64,000 bases of DNA from Oligoflexales bacterium (GTDB taxonomy: Bacteria; Bdellovibrionota_B; Oligoflexia; Oligoflexales; Bog-1112): contig JBGCDR010000108.1 of assembly GCA_045105515.1 (NCBI GenBank), positions 1 through 64,000 of the forward strand. The letters run 5' to 3'. Of this stretch, positions 40,680 to 50,544 are shown piece by piece. Every line of letters starts with the position of its first letter. The first letter of the stretch is position 1. The notes beneath the pieces were generated by a model. It did not search any database. It worked only from the letters and a program-made list of their open reading frames with translations, and was not told the origin of the DNA. The position numbers were made by a program, and so were the translations under genes.

Positions 40680-42902
40680 CTATTTTTGCGAGTGGTCAGG
40701 CTTGATAGAACCGGCACGGTTAGCTACCGGTCGCCGGCCTTTTTTCTTAGGATCAAAACGCACAGCTTTATCGTATGGGAGCGATTTAATCCCAGCTTCC
40801 CTAGCTAATTCAATAAAATATTTTTGTGATCGCATAGCCGACTTGCCTTTTGGTGGTGTTTTGAGGGAATAGCTTCCATCTCCACTAAGACTGCGGGCTC
40901 TGGTGTTGTCCTTCCAGTAGGTGCCTAAGATTTCTAGTATGATGCGCTCCTTGAGCTCAGGGTCTTCAATGGGGTACATGAGTTCGATGCGTCTATCCAT
41001 ATTCCTGGTCATCCAATCTGCACTGCCAAGGTAAACTCGATCACTTGCTCCTGAGCTAAAGTAGTATATCCGGCTGTGTTCGAGAAAGCGATCCACAATC
41101 GAGATCACTTCAATGTTCTCACTAAGTCCATCCACTCCAGGCCTTAAGCAACATATTCCTCTGACAATTAAGCGGATTTCCACACCACTTTGTGAGGCTC
41201 GGTATAAGCTTTCAATTAAGGCTTCATCATCAAGGGCATTAATTTTTACGACGATTAGACCCCCTCCTTCTTTGCGGTGGTCACTAATTACCCGATCAAT
41301 TTGCTGAAGGATGAAATTTCGGATGAACAATGGTGACAAGATAATTTGCTCAAATTTAGGGAGTGCATCACTGTTGATCAACTTTTCTTTTTCTTTCAGA
41401 ATATTAAATCCGGTTAGAAGATTAAAAAGAGCCGAAATATCCTTACCAAACTCTGGCTTAGCAGTTAAGAGGCCAAGGTCAGTGTATTGTTTTGCTGTTT
41501 GCGAATTATAGTTCCCAGTGGAAAGGTGCACATAGCGGATCATTCTATCGTTTTCTTTGCGCACAACCAATGTGGTTTTACAGTGGGTTTTCAGACCAAC
41601 AAAACCATAGACCACATGCACTCCTGCTCTTTCGAGTCTGCGTGCCCATACCACATTATTTTTTTCATCAAACCTGGCTTTGAGTTCTACAACTGCAGTG
41701 ACTTGCTTGCCGTTTTCTGCTGCTTTGATAAGTGCATCGATGATAGGAGAGTCGCCAGAGGAGCGATAAAGAGTTTGCTTGATGGCATAGACATCTGGGT
41801 CCGATGCTGCTGCTCCGAGGAACTCTGTGATCACATAAAAACTTTCATAGGGGTGGTGGATTAATAAATCTTTTTTTCTGATTAATGAAAAGATGTTACT
41901 ACTTCCAGCCATCCACGGAGGCAAACGTGGGTTAAACCCATCTTGTTTTAGGTGTGGTAAGGGTAGTTTACAAAGGGCTGTTAGCCCACATAAGTAGAGA
42001 GGAGAGCGGGTATAATAAATATCTAATTCATCAATTTTGAGAATTTTTTTTAAGGTATTCAGTACTTTTGGATTTATATTGTCTTCTACTTCAAGACGCA
42101 CTGCTTCAGGTTGCACCCGGTTGATCACTTCTTTTTGGATTGATTCAAGTAGGTCCACAACTCGGTTTTCAAGTAAGGTGTAGTCCAAGTTTCGGGTTAC
42201 CCGAATCATACATGAATCTTTTACCTCAAAACCCAAAAATAAATTCTCCAAGTGAGCTTTAACTAGGCTTTCTAACAAAAGAAAATAGTGTTTATTTTCT
42301 TTGTTTTCCACCGGAATAAGCCTAGGTATTACTGAGGGGATTTCGACAAAACCAATAAGATGATCTTTCGTCCCTATGCATGGAAACTCTATTAATAAGT
42401 AAAGAGAAAGGTTGGTAAGGAATGGAAACGGATGAGATGGATCCACAGCTAGGGGCGTGAGCACAGGAAACACTTCTTCATTGAAGTAAGCATCGAGTTT
42501 TTCTTTTTGGGTTTTATCCAAATCTGCATAACTTAGTATCTCTACCCCACAGTCTTTTAAACTGGGTAGGATCGTTTTATGAAAGCATTCATACTGAAGT
42601 TTACTTAGTACTTTGCTGCGGACATGAATTTGTTCGATTGCATTTCTGATTGGCAAGCGTTCAGGAGATTCACATGTGACAAAGCCTTCCTTTTGCATCT
42701 TTTTGAGACCGGCTACCCTTACCATGAAAAATTCGTCTTGATTGTTGGTAAAGATTGATAGAAATGCAAGCTTATCTAATAGTTGGGTGTCCTTATGAAG
42801 GGCTTCATCTAAAACCCTTCCATTAAACTCTATCCAGCTGATTTCTTTGTTAATGTAATGTTCGGGCTTGGGTTTTTTCTTTGTTCCTTTCAGCTTAATC
42901 AA
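40680..42902 (-). CDS. ppk1: Polyphosphate kinase 1
   Basis: N.E.SW..FN.RVL, DEFFMVRVAGL, HHPYESF, ELKARFDE, KTHCK, TGNYN, RFLEHSR. Confidence 0.98.
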   Translation of the reverse strand: MIKLKGTKKKPKPEHYINKEISWIEFNGRVLDEALHKDTQLLDKLAFLSIFTNNQDEFFMVRVAGLKKMQKEGFVTCESPERLPIRNAIEQIHVRSKVLSKLQYECFHKTILPSLKDCGVEILSYADLDKTQKEKLDAYFNEEVFPVLTPLAVDPSHPFPFLTNLSLYLLIEFPCIGTKDHLIGFVEIPSVIPRLIPVENKENKHYFLLLESLVKAHLENLFLGFEVKDSCMIRVTRNLDYTLLENRVVDLLESIQKEVINRVQPEAVRLEVEDNINPKVLNTLKKILKIDELDIYYTRSPLYLCGLTALCKLPLPHLKQDGFNPRLPPWMAGSSNIFSLIRKKDLLIHHPYESFYVITEFLGAAASDPDVYAIKQTLYRSSGDSPIIDALIKAAENGKQVTAVVELKARFDEKNNVVWARRLERAGVHVVYGFVGLKTHCKTTLVVRKENDRMIRYVHLSTGNYNSQTAKQYTDLGLLTAKPEFGKDISALFNLLTGFNILKEKEKLINSDALPKFEQIILSPLFIRNFILQQIDRVISDHRKEGGGLIVVKINALDDEALIESLYRASQSGVEIRLIVRGICCLRPGVDGLSENIEVISIVDRFLEHSRIYYFSSGASDRVYLGSADWMTRNMDRRIELMYPIEDPELKERIILEILGTYWKDNTRARSLSGDGSYSLKTPPKGKSAMRSQKYFIELAREAGIKSLPYDKAVRFDPKKKGRRPVANRAGSIKPDHSQK

Positions 42903-43033
42903 ATGCTTGCATCCTCAAATAAATATCGTCAAAGCAGGTAGGCTATCAATTTACGATTGTAGTAACATGGGGGAAGATTACAGACAGCAAGCAATGCCTT
43001 GTTGCAAAAAAGTAGCACTGGGTACTTGATGAC

Positions 43034-44026
43034 TCAAGTGATTTCTAAAAATTTTCTTGCCTTTTTTATGTCTTTTTTTATTTGCTCGGATAAAAGAGAT
43101 GGTGAGTCAAATTTTAACTCATCTCTAATAAAGTGGGTAAAATAAAACCCAGCTTTTAAGTCATAGTGATTTTGTTTGGAGTGATCCCCTGCAAGCAAGT
43201 GAGCCTCTACCCTTAGGGACGAGCCCTTATTTTTGAAAGTTGGCCTAATTCCACAGTTGATAATGGCTGGAATAATACCATGCGGCAATTTGTGAATAGA
43301 AGGGAGTTCTTGCTTAGATTGATCCTGTAGCCATACAAAGCCTGCATATACCCCATACCCTGGCACGAGCTGCTTGTGGTTTTCTAGGTTAAGAGTAGGT
43401 ATCCCAATCTTTCTGCCAATTTGATCACCTTGGTCAATACACCCTTCTAGCAGGTAGGGGCGGCCAAGCATGGCTGTGACCGATTCCATATCCTTGTTTA
43501 TGAGGGTTTGCCGTATCCGGGTGCTGGAAATGGGGTGTTCTTGGTAGGAGATTGCATCGCACTGGTAAATCTGCTTACTACTTTTATCGCCTTCTTTTTT
43601 AAGCCAAGTAGTATTCCCTAGGCGGTCCTTACCAAAGCGAAAGTCATGACCAACACAAATTGCCTGGGCATTTATATTCTTGCCGAGAAATTTGTCATAG
43701 AAATCTTGCGGACTCATTTGGCAAAATACTGCATCAAACTTCTGAATGATGGCATGGTCCATGCCTAGCTCGGTGAACGAACGAATTTTTTGTTCTTCGG
43801 TGAATAAAAGTTTTTCATCTTCGATTTTTCTAAAGAATGACTCTGGCCGAGGAGAGAAAGTCAAAGCGAGGCTTTCAATTTGGTGCTGCTCTGCATGCGT
43901 GAGAGCCTGGTATAGGAGGCTTTGATGGCCAAGGTGGACTCCGTCAAAGTTGCCAATGGTGATGGACTTTGGAGCGGGTGGCTTTTCTGGCAGCTTGCGA
44001 AAATCGATGCTTGGAATAATCTTCAC
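43034..44026 (-). CDS. ribF: Bifunctional riboflavin kinase / FAD synthetase
   Basis: IGNFDGVHLGHQ, VGHDFRFG, ISSTRIR, GR.IG.PT.N, G.RPT, EAH, IRDE.KF; probable GTG start 44026 (track 44098). Confidence 0.95.
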   Translation of the reverse strand: MKIIPSIDFRKLPEKPPAPKSITIGNFDGVHLGHQSLLYQALTHAEQHQIESLALTFSPRPESFFRKIEDEKLLFTEEQKIRSFTELGMDHAIIQKFDAVFCQMSPQDFYDKFLGKNINAQAICVGHDFRFGKDRLGNTTWLKKEGDKSSKQIYQCDAISYQEHPISSTRIRQTLINKDMESVTAMLGRPYLLEGCIDQGDQIGRKIGIPTLNLENHKQLVPGYGVYAGFVWLQDQSKQELPSIHKLPHGIIPAIINCGIRPTFKNKGSSLRVEAHLLAGDHSKQNHYDLKAGFYFTHFIRDELKFDSPSLLSEQIKKDIKKARKFLEIT

Positions 44027-44206
44027 TGTGAACCCTTGGGTTTGATTATGAGTAATAGTAAGGCGCCGCAGTTGAGGCCTGAGCAGTAAACAGGCCATGA
44101 ACTCGAAATTTTGGGGTAGGCGCTAAAAAATAGCAATTAAGTATTTATCATCTTGGCCACTAGAATAGAATGAGTGGGCCTTGGACTCTATACAAAGAAG
44201 GGCTAT

Positions 44207-45019
44207 ATGTCTGGTATTTATCATTTAGGCTTATTGGGCTCCGGTATTTCTTTTTCCTTATCACCGAAAATCCACTTACACTCTGCAAAAATTCTCGGCT
44301 TAGCTTGTGAGTATAAGCTGTATGATATTGAGGCAGCTGCTGTGAAAGAGTTTCTCGCAAACTTTTGGGAACAAGGGGGTCATGGACTTAATGTTACCAC
44401 GCCTCACAAGGAGCTGGTTGCTCAAGCGGTAGATTCGCCTCTCAGTTCAGTCAATACTCTGTACCGCAAGAATAATGCTTGGAGTACTGCAAGCACTGAT
44501 GGAGAAGGCTTTGCTAGATCAGTAGCGCGGATGGGGCGAGGCTTAGAAACCTATGATGACTTGCTCATCCTTGGCTCCGGTGGAGCAAGTATGGCTATTT
44601 TGACTTATCTAGAAAGCAAAGCTATTTCCGCTCGGGTTCACCTTTTGCGGCGAAGCCTTACAAGAGACCTGCCTTTGCAACAGGAGCTGTCTCAGCAAAT
44701 TAGTTTTCATGACTTCACTACTCAGTCGTTAGCGGACTGCCTTAAGCCGATTGATGGGAAGGGGTGCTTGCTCATACAAGCTAGCTCTGCTCCTTTGAAA
44801 GGCGAAGACTTAAGCCAACTGGTCCCGGCTCTAAATTCATTTAAGGGAGATGTGGTGGATTTAGTCTACGGTAGGCCATCGGCTCTTTATTATCATGCCA
44901 AAGACCAAGGGCTAAACTGCCAAGAAGGCCTCCCCATGCTGATTGAACAAGCTCGCCTGGCACAAGAGCTTTGGTGGGGTGAATCAGCAGGGTTTGATGA
45001 AATTCATAAGAGCTTGTAG
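44207..45019 (+). CDS. aroE: Shikimate dehydrogenase
   Basis: SLSP.IH, GLNVT.PHKE, VNT, TDGEGF, LGSGGA, DLVY, GL.ML.EQA. Confidence 0.88.
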   Translation: MSGIYHLGLLGSGISFSLSPKIHLHSAKILGLACEYKLYDIEAAAVKEFLANFWEQGGHGLNVTTPHKELVAQAVDSPLSSVNTLYRKNNAWSTASTDGEGFARSVARMGRGLETYDDLLILGSGGASMAILTYLESKAISARVHLLRRSLTRDLPLQQELSQQISFHDFTTQSLADCLKPIDGKGCLLIQASSAPLKGEDLSQLVPALNSFKGDVVDLVYGRPSALYYHAKDQGLNCQEGLPMLIEQARLAQELWWGESAGFDEIHKSL

Positions 45020-45141
45020 TCAATGTAAGTAATACATCAATAACATGCTTCGGAAAATAAATGACAAAGGAGAGTAGAAAGTACTAGCCCACTTCAGGGA
45101 TGATTGGAAATGAAAATTTTTGAATTTGGGTTAACATGTTT

Positions 45142-45567
45142 TTATAAAGAACTCACAAAAAGATACTCCCCTATATTCCCACAAGGATCCTTAAAGTAAA
45201 CGCTGCGTCCATCGGAGCGATCGTAGGGCCCCTTGATAATCTCGATCCCCTCTTGGGCTAGAAATCTAGAAAATTCATCTACCTCTTCAGGAGACTGAGC
45301 ATAAAACCCGTAGTGGTCCAGAGTTTCCCAGCCATCATTTTTACTGTTAGGGTTTTTCTCAGCCCCATGTTCAGGCTTTTTAACAGCCATCTGTGGGGTT
45401 TTGATGGCGATGATATCCTTACCAGCAAGCAAGAAAACCAGCTCGCCACGGTCTTCTAGCACCTTTAAGCCTAGTTTTTGGCAAAACCACGATTTTGCTA
45501 AGTCGATATTTTCAACCACGAGACCAATGTGGTTGAGTCCTGAAATAGAAAATCCGCGTGAAGACAT
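45142..45567 (-). CDS. VOC (glyoxalase/bleomycin resistance) family protein
   Basis: LNHIGL.V, LDHYGF, SVYFKDPCGN..E. Confidence 0.9.
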   Translation of the reverse strand: MSSRGFSISGLNHIGLVVENIDLAKSWFCQKLGLKVLEDRGELVFLLAGKDIIAIKTPQMAVKKPEHGAEKNPNSKNDGWETLDHYGFYAQSPEEVDEFSRFLAQEGIEIIKGPYDRSDGRSVYFKDPCGNIGEYLFVSSL

Positions 45568-45673
45568 GGTTCTATTCTCCCTATTTGTGAGAGCTTACAG
45601 AAAGGGCGTTACTTCTAGGGCCAAATTATGGTATCCGAAGTTTGCAGATTTAACCCGGAGGTAGCAAACAGGC

Positions 45674-46765
45674 GTGGATCATTCTCCTAGCGAGATACCA
45701 TCTCGGACATTTTTACAGGAATTAGCAAAAAAGCATAAGCTAGAACTCCTTGGCATCGTTGCCTTAGGAAAAGAGCCGGATTTTGGCCACTTTGAACAGT
45801 GGCTTGAAGACGGATTTCATGCCGAGATGGAGTTCATGGCAAAAAACCTCGGCTGCCGCGAAGATCCGCGCACTTTGCAAACTGGTGCCAAAACTGCTTT
45901 GATTTTTGGCTATCAATACTACCAAGGCGATCAAATCAATAGGGGTAAGTCTCAAAGTGCGGTGCGGGTTGCCCAGTATGCGAAGCTGCGTGATTATCAC
46001 AAATTTCTGCGCAAGCACTGCAGCGAGTTTTGGTTAGAACTCCAGCAACATTATCCCCACCTTGGTTCAATGCGGGTTACTGTAGACAGCGCTCCTCTTC
46101 TTGAACGAGCGCTGGCAGCGAGAACTGCAGAAGGATTTATTGGAAAGAATACTCTCTACATTCATCCAAGCAAGGGAAGCTACCTCCTTTTAGGAGAGAT
46201 TCTCACAGGTAGTGAACTCCCCCCAGACGAGCCAAGTACAGTTAGTCCAGAGCAAAGAAATCCCGAAGGTGGATGTGGAAGCTGTAAACGCTGCCAGATC
46301 AATTGCCCAACCGGAGCATTAGACGAAGCTTATAGGCTGGATGCAAAAAAATGCCTAGCGTATTACACCATCGAACATCGGGGCACCATTCCGGTGGCCT
46401 TCTGGTCTGGGCTCAAACATTACTTTTTTGGCTGTGATATTTGCCAGCTGGTATGCCCGTATAATCGTGGGCAGGAGGCGATCAAAAGCGAGCACCTCAA
46501 ACTAATAGGCTTACCTCCTCTCAATATAATTGCGCTTATGAATCAACAAGAATATGAGCAGTGGTTTGGAGGAACTCCAATGACCCGGGCAAAAAAAGAT
46601 GGCCTGCGAAGAAATGCTCTGATTTCCATGGTGGTGCGCGAAGATGATGCTTTGCTAGAAACTTTGAAAATATTGAAAGAAGATACTAGCCCCTTAATTA
46701 GTGCAACCTTAGAACAGATAAGCGCTTACTTAGATTTCCCGGGTCACTTCGACCTGAGATCTTAG
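45674..46765 (+). CDS. queG: tRNA epoxyqueuosine reductase QueG
   Basis: YA..RDYH, VDSAPLLER, GFIGKN, CGSCKRCQINCPT, CLAYYTIE, FGCDICQ.VCP.N. Confidence 0.95.
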   Translation: MDHSPSEIPSRTFLQELAKKHKLELLGIVALGKEPDFGHFEQWLEDGFHAEMEFMAKNLGCREDPRTLQTGAKTALIFGYQYYQGDQINRGKSQSAVRVAQYAKLRDYHKFLRKHCSEFWLELQQHYPHLGSMRVTVDSAPLLERALAARTAEGFIGKNTLYIHPSKGSYLLLGEILTGSELPPDEPSTVSPEQRNPEGGCGSCKRCQINCPTGALDEAYRLDAKKCLAYYTIEHRGTIPVAFWSGLKHYFFGCDICQLVCPYNRGQEAIKSEHLKLIGLPPLNIIALMNQQEYEQWFGGTPMTRAKKDGLRRNALISMVVREDDALLETLKILKEDTSPLISATLEQISAYLDFPGHFDLRS

Positions 46766-46912
46766 TCATCATCTCGTTTAGACTTAGTCACCTCGACCTT
46801 AGACTTACTTTAGTCCTTAGTCACCTACGACCTTAGACTTAGTCACCTCGACCTTGTGGAGAGGTCTCCTTTATAAGCATTTGAGATCCCTCGACTTTGC
46901 TCGGGATGACTT
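46742..46912. repeat. REP-like cluster with about 21-bp stuttered units and an inverted copy
   Basis: TTAGTCACCTCGACCTTAGAC-type units at about 46784 and 46817 (degenerate ones at about 46742 and 46762), full element 46842-46869, inverted AGATCCCTCGACTTTGCTCGGGATGAC at 46884-46910. Confidence 0.85.
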
Positions 46913-46946
46913 AGGCTTAAACCGGCATGATAGCTTTGTCAAAATA

Positions 46947-47384
46947 CTAAAGAAGATGAGAAAAATCCTGAGTCTTAAGATGCTGCCAAATCGACACTGC
47001 ATTAGGACCACTCAGGCCAAAATATGATGAGAGTAGCATCATGCATTCATTCGCCTTAGACTGTAGCACCGCTGTTTGTAGCTTTTCGATGATGGAAAGC
47101 ACGTACTGGTCTTGGCTTAATTTGCTAACAAAGTGGCGGGATGCTTCAAGGCCTTGGTATTGAGTAATCCCAAACAAAAACGACAAAACTTCGGCAGCTG
47201 CGACAATATCGCCTTTATTCACGTATAAGCGAAAGGTGCTAAACGAAGGTATCACGTTTTTTAGGGGGTCTAGTTTGATGACTTGATTAGAGCTGAATTG
47301 ATGGTCGCCAAGTAGTTTCTTATCTGCTGAGTCCTGAGCTTCGGCAGCAGTACTTGTTAGCGGAAATTTAATTACTTTTCCCAT
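46947..47384 (-). CDS. Hypothetical helical protein
   Basis: 145 aa; RBS GGAGG; MGKVIKFP N-terminus; internal repeat (LSFLFGIT...A / LSSYFGLS...A). A GCCGATAG sigma28 -10-like box lies at 47423-47430 on the minus strand. Confidence 0.65.
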   Translation of the reverse strand: MGKVIKFPLTSTAAEAQDSADKKLLGDHQFSSNQVIKLDPLKNVIPSFSTFRLYVNKGDIVAAAEVLSFLFGITQYQGLEASRHFVSKLSQDQYVLSIIEKLQTAVLQSKANECMMLLSSYFGLSGPNAVSIWQHLKTQDFSHLL

Positions 47385-47472
47385 GAGGACCTCCAGCGGA
47401 TCTTCTTTTCCTCTTCAACCACTATCGGCCTAAATGGTCAAAATCAAAATAATTGAATTTATTCTTTAAATA

Positions 47473-47931
47473 TTAACTGTCTATAAGTTTGTTTATAGTA
47501 ATGCGAACATCCGTAGAACCTGTCTTGACGGGCAGAATCTCTCCAACGATGTCGCCTGGAGCATCCATTCCAGCTGTGCCGGAACGGTCTAGGCGTGCTT
47601 TAATCCGCAGGGTTTTTGGAATACGGTGGGATGGGCGCATAACTTGGAGGTTGTCTTTGGTGATGACAAATTTATGAAATGAGCCCTTGGCATCTCCAGC
47701 CAGGTTCATGCGGATTGCTCCATAGGGCATGGGTGCTGGGTTGGCAGTGTCATAGAGGACGATAAATAAAGTGCGAATCCCTGTAGCTTTTTCTTCTAAC
47801 TCAGGGGGGAGAAACACCTCTCCTTGGGCGTAAATAAAAGACTTTTCAGCAAATTGGCTGACCATTCCTATAACCCCACCTAAGATAGCAATAGAAATAC
47901 CTACCAAGGTCCATTTAGGTAATGATTTCAT
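47473..47931 (-). CDS. Membrane-anchored protein resembling the CcmI/CycH C-terminal Ig-like domain
   Basis: N-terminal TM; TLFIV...PMPYGAIR...IKARLDRSG.A....GDIVG...V.ITIN. Confidence 0.6.
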   Translation of the reverse strand: MKSLPKWTLVGISIAILGGVIGMVSQFAEKSFIYAQGEVFLPPELEEKATGIRTLFIVLYDTANPAPMPYGAIRMNLAGDAKGSFHKFVITKDNLQVMRPSHRIPKTLRIKARLDRSGTAGMDAPGDIVGEILPVKTGSTDVRITINKLIDS

Positions 47932-48225
47932 AGTAACTCACATATAAAATTGTTATGATTTATTCACGTCAATCCTTGAAAACAGAATCGTACCTAAAAT
48001 TTATAGTAAAATAGATGCTCCCAATTTCAATAGCTTATCTCTTCCCTAGTGATAAATATGAGCAAATTTCCAGACAAGACTAATGTATAGGATGAAATGT
48101 ACCGTTCTATAGTCAAGGGATAGGCAGTATCCGTAAGCAACGGTACTCATGTTATAATTTAGGTGGGAGATCATACTAAATTTTTCAGATCAATTGAGCA
48201 TAGTAAAAACGCATCGGGAGATCTC

Positions 48226-48432
48226 ATGACGGAAGAAAAAGAAGAAAAAGAAGATAGTAATATTGCAAGACTTTTGACTCCTAAAAAGGAAGCCAAAAAG
48301 CGCCAGTACAGCTTTTATTTAAACGAGAAGCTTTACAAAGCATTCATGGATACCTGCAAGAAACGCGACATCTCGGGATCGCGGGTTATCAGTGCCTACA
48401 TGAAAGACTTCCTTGAAAAGTATGGTGATTGA
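48226..48432 (+). CDS. Small ribbon-helix-helix (CopG/ParG-like) DNA-binding protein
   Basis: Charged N-tail, then RQYSFYL (strand), EKLYKAFMDTCKKR (helix), SGSRVISAYMKDFL (helix); ATG 48226 after GGGAG. Confidence 0.7.
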   Translation: MTEEKEEKEDSNIARLLTPKKEAKKRQYSFYLNEKLYKAFMDTCKKRDISGSRVISAYMKDFLEKYGD

Positions 48433-48904
48433 TCTGCCACACCTAAGCGGATACCACAATGACTAGGGTGCTACAACCGTGACAGATCCTTTTATTCCTT
48501 CTTAGACTAATTGGTCCTTAAAAAAGCTCCATGAATGTTGGATAGAGTAGTCCAATGCCAAAAAAACTTTTTTTATAAAGCCAATACCTACAGACCTTTA
48601 TTCTTTTCAACATTTGACATAAAATGACGCGATACTGCCAATTCTATCGCTAGATCCGTATGTGAAATATCATCCACAGACTTAAAGCATAGATCATGCT
48701 ACCGAGTGTGGATTGATCCCAAACAACAACAATATTATGGAGACTTTCTCGGTGGAAGAAGTCAAGTAAGTGTTAAAAAGTGACAAAATGGGCGAAAATA
48801 CTAGGTTTCTCAGATAAGTTGTTTATTTAATATGCCCTTGATGATTTGCTTTTGAGGAATGAGGTAAACTACTCAGTACAAATTCATGATGCCCGCTAAC
48901 AGCA

Positions 48905-48955
48905 AAATTCTATGCGTCTTGTCATATGTGGAATGTGACAAGACGCATAGAATTT
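48905..48955. repeat. Perfect 20-bp inverted repeat with 11-nt spacer
   Basis: AAATTCTATGCGTCTTGTCA (48905-48924) / TGACAAGACGCATAGAATTT (48936-48955). Confidence 0.95.
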
Positions 48956-49038
48956 CATGAAGAAAATTTCTGAATGAAGCGAGCCCTTTGACTCTGTTCT
49001 TGGTCGGATATTGTGAGTCGAGAAATCCCCTCTTACCC

Positions 49039-49074
49039 GTCATCTTGGCAAACATTGCGAGACGAGAGATCCCC
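49039..49074 (+). repeat. Degenerate REP-like element copy
   Basis: GTCATCTTGGCAAACATTGCGAGACGAGAGATCCCC has the same GTCATC...GAGATC ends as other copies. Confidence 0.55.
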
Positions 49075-49192
49075 ATGGAGGGATATGCAGTTTTCAAAAT
49101 TTCCGCTTATCAAATTTTTACAAAACTTGAAAAAACCGCCAATCCACGATATAAGGCCATCCTTGTGAATTGCTTAATATTTGGTACATGGC

Positions 49193-50143
49193 ATGATGAT
49201 GGACTTAAACGATTATCGAAATTTGGGTAAAGCAATTTTGCCCGAAGAAGCTGGAATTAGAATTGACCGTCATTTAGGGGAGAGGTTTTTGTTTCTCTCT
49301 CGCAATGAGTGGGCAAAACGCCTAAAAAAGGGCGAGGTGTTTGTGAATCAAGTGCCGGTAAAGTCCTCCTACCGCCTAAGGTCAAATGATGAGATTTGCT
49401 ACTTTTGTCCACCTTCAAATGAGCCGGAAGTAAACCGTGAAATTAAGGTGGTCTGGGAACAAGACGGAGTGATCGGTGTCTACAAGCCGCCCAACCTGCC
49501 GATGCACGAGGGTGGGCGTTATCGCAAGAACACCTTTTATGAATTAGTCATTAATGAAATTGGACCAGAATGGGCTGCAGTGCACCGCCTAGATCGTGAA
49601 ACCAGTGGCATTGTTCTTTGTGCTAATACCCCTGAACTACGTAATACCCTTAGCAAAGAGCTGCGGGAACGTACCATGGAAAAAACCTACTTTGCAATTG
49701 TTAACGGTGTTCCAAAGGAAAATAAGTTTTTGGTGGATGAGCCACTTGGCGAAACTTTAGAGACTACATTTCGGATCAAGAATTGGGTTATCCCGGGTGG
49801 CATGCCTTCGCAGACTTTTTATGAAGTGCTAGCTACAAAGGGTGAGTATTCATTATTAAAAGTGTTTCCGAAAACTGGGCGAACCCATCAGATTAGGATT
49901 CATTCTTCCTATCTTGGCCATCATCTTATAGGTGATAAAAAATACCATCCTGATGAGAGTGTTTACCTTGAATATCTTGGACATGGTTTTAATGAGCGAA
50001 TTGAACAAGCTGTTAAATATGATCGCTTGTGCCTACACGCAACAAATTTAAAATTCCTACACCCTCTTAATAATGAAGTATGCGAGATTGATATTCCGAT
50101 GCCTGAAGATATGCAGGGTGTTTGGGAGCAACTTCCCAATTGA
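49193..50143 (+). CDS. RluA/RluD-family pseudouridine synthase with S4 domain
   Basis: RIDRHL...SR S4 domain, KPPNL..H, VHRLDRETSG, TGRTHQIRIH, IGDKKY, LHA. Confidence 0.95.
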   Translation: MMMDLNDYRNLGKAILPEEAGIRIDRHLGERFLFLSRNEWAKRLKKGEVFVNQVPVKSSYRLRSNDEICYFCPPSNEPEVNREIKVVWEQDGVIGVYKPPNLPMHEGGRYRKNTFYELVINEIGPEWAAVHRLDRETSGIVLCANTPELRNTLSKELRERTMEKTYFAIVNGVPKENKFLVDEPLGETLETTFRIKNWVIPGGMPSQTFYEVLATKGEYSLLKVFPKTGRTHQIRIHSSYLGHHLIGDKKYHPDESVYLEYLGHGFNERIEQAVKYDRLCLHATNLKFLHPLNNEVCEIDIPMPEDMQGVWEQLPN

Positions 50144-50155
50144 CCCTAACTCGCT

Positions 50156-50193
50156 TGTCATTCCCCCGAGCTATAGCGAGGACTAGGGAATCA
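50156..50193 (+). repeat. REP-like element copy after rluA
   Basis: TGTCATTCCC...CTAGGGAATC hairpin; CTAGGGAATCA recurs at 50293-50303. Confidence 0.6.
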
Positions 50194-50318
50194 TTAACGG
50201 AGATTGTCTGACCGTAATCCTTTGGGTCGCGTGGCAACTGTCATTACATTCACATCTCTGAAGCTCTTGTCAAAAGATAATTTTCGTTCAGGCTAGGGAA
50301 TCAAATTGTAATCTATAA

Positions 50319-50519
50319 AAATACAATCCTGATGGGGGTGTTTTTTTCGAATATCTTGAACATGACTTGATTGAAGAAGTAAAAGAGCTGGATAAGCTTG
50401 ATCGTTTGTGTTTACATGATAATAAGTCCACTTTTTTGCATCCGTCGTTAAACAAACCCTGTGACGTTAACATACCTATATCGCAAGATATGGTTTTTAT
50501 TTGTGAAAACCTTGACTAG
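50319..50519 (+). pseudogene. Decayed second copy of the RluA C-terminal coding region
   Basis: KYNPDGGVFFEYLEHDLIEEVKELDKLDRLCLHDNKSTFLHPSLNKPCDVNIPISQDMVFICENLD* aligns without gaps to the RluA C-terminus; 29/65 identical by manual count; no start codon. Confidence 0.85.
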
Positions 50520-50544
50520 TATTAGTGAAATTGAGGAGAAGAGT

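Noticed and set aside
48530..48720. Chromosomal origin (DnaA-box-like CATCCACAG, GTGTGGATT)
   Set aside because: Only mismatched boxes, no perfect TTATCCACA seen, and no dnaA/dnaN/gidA context.
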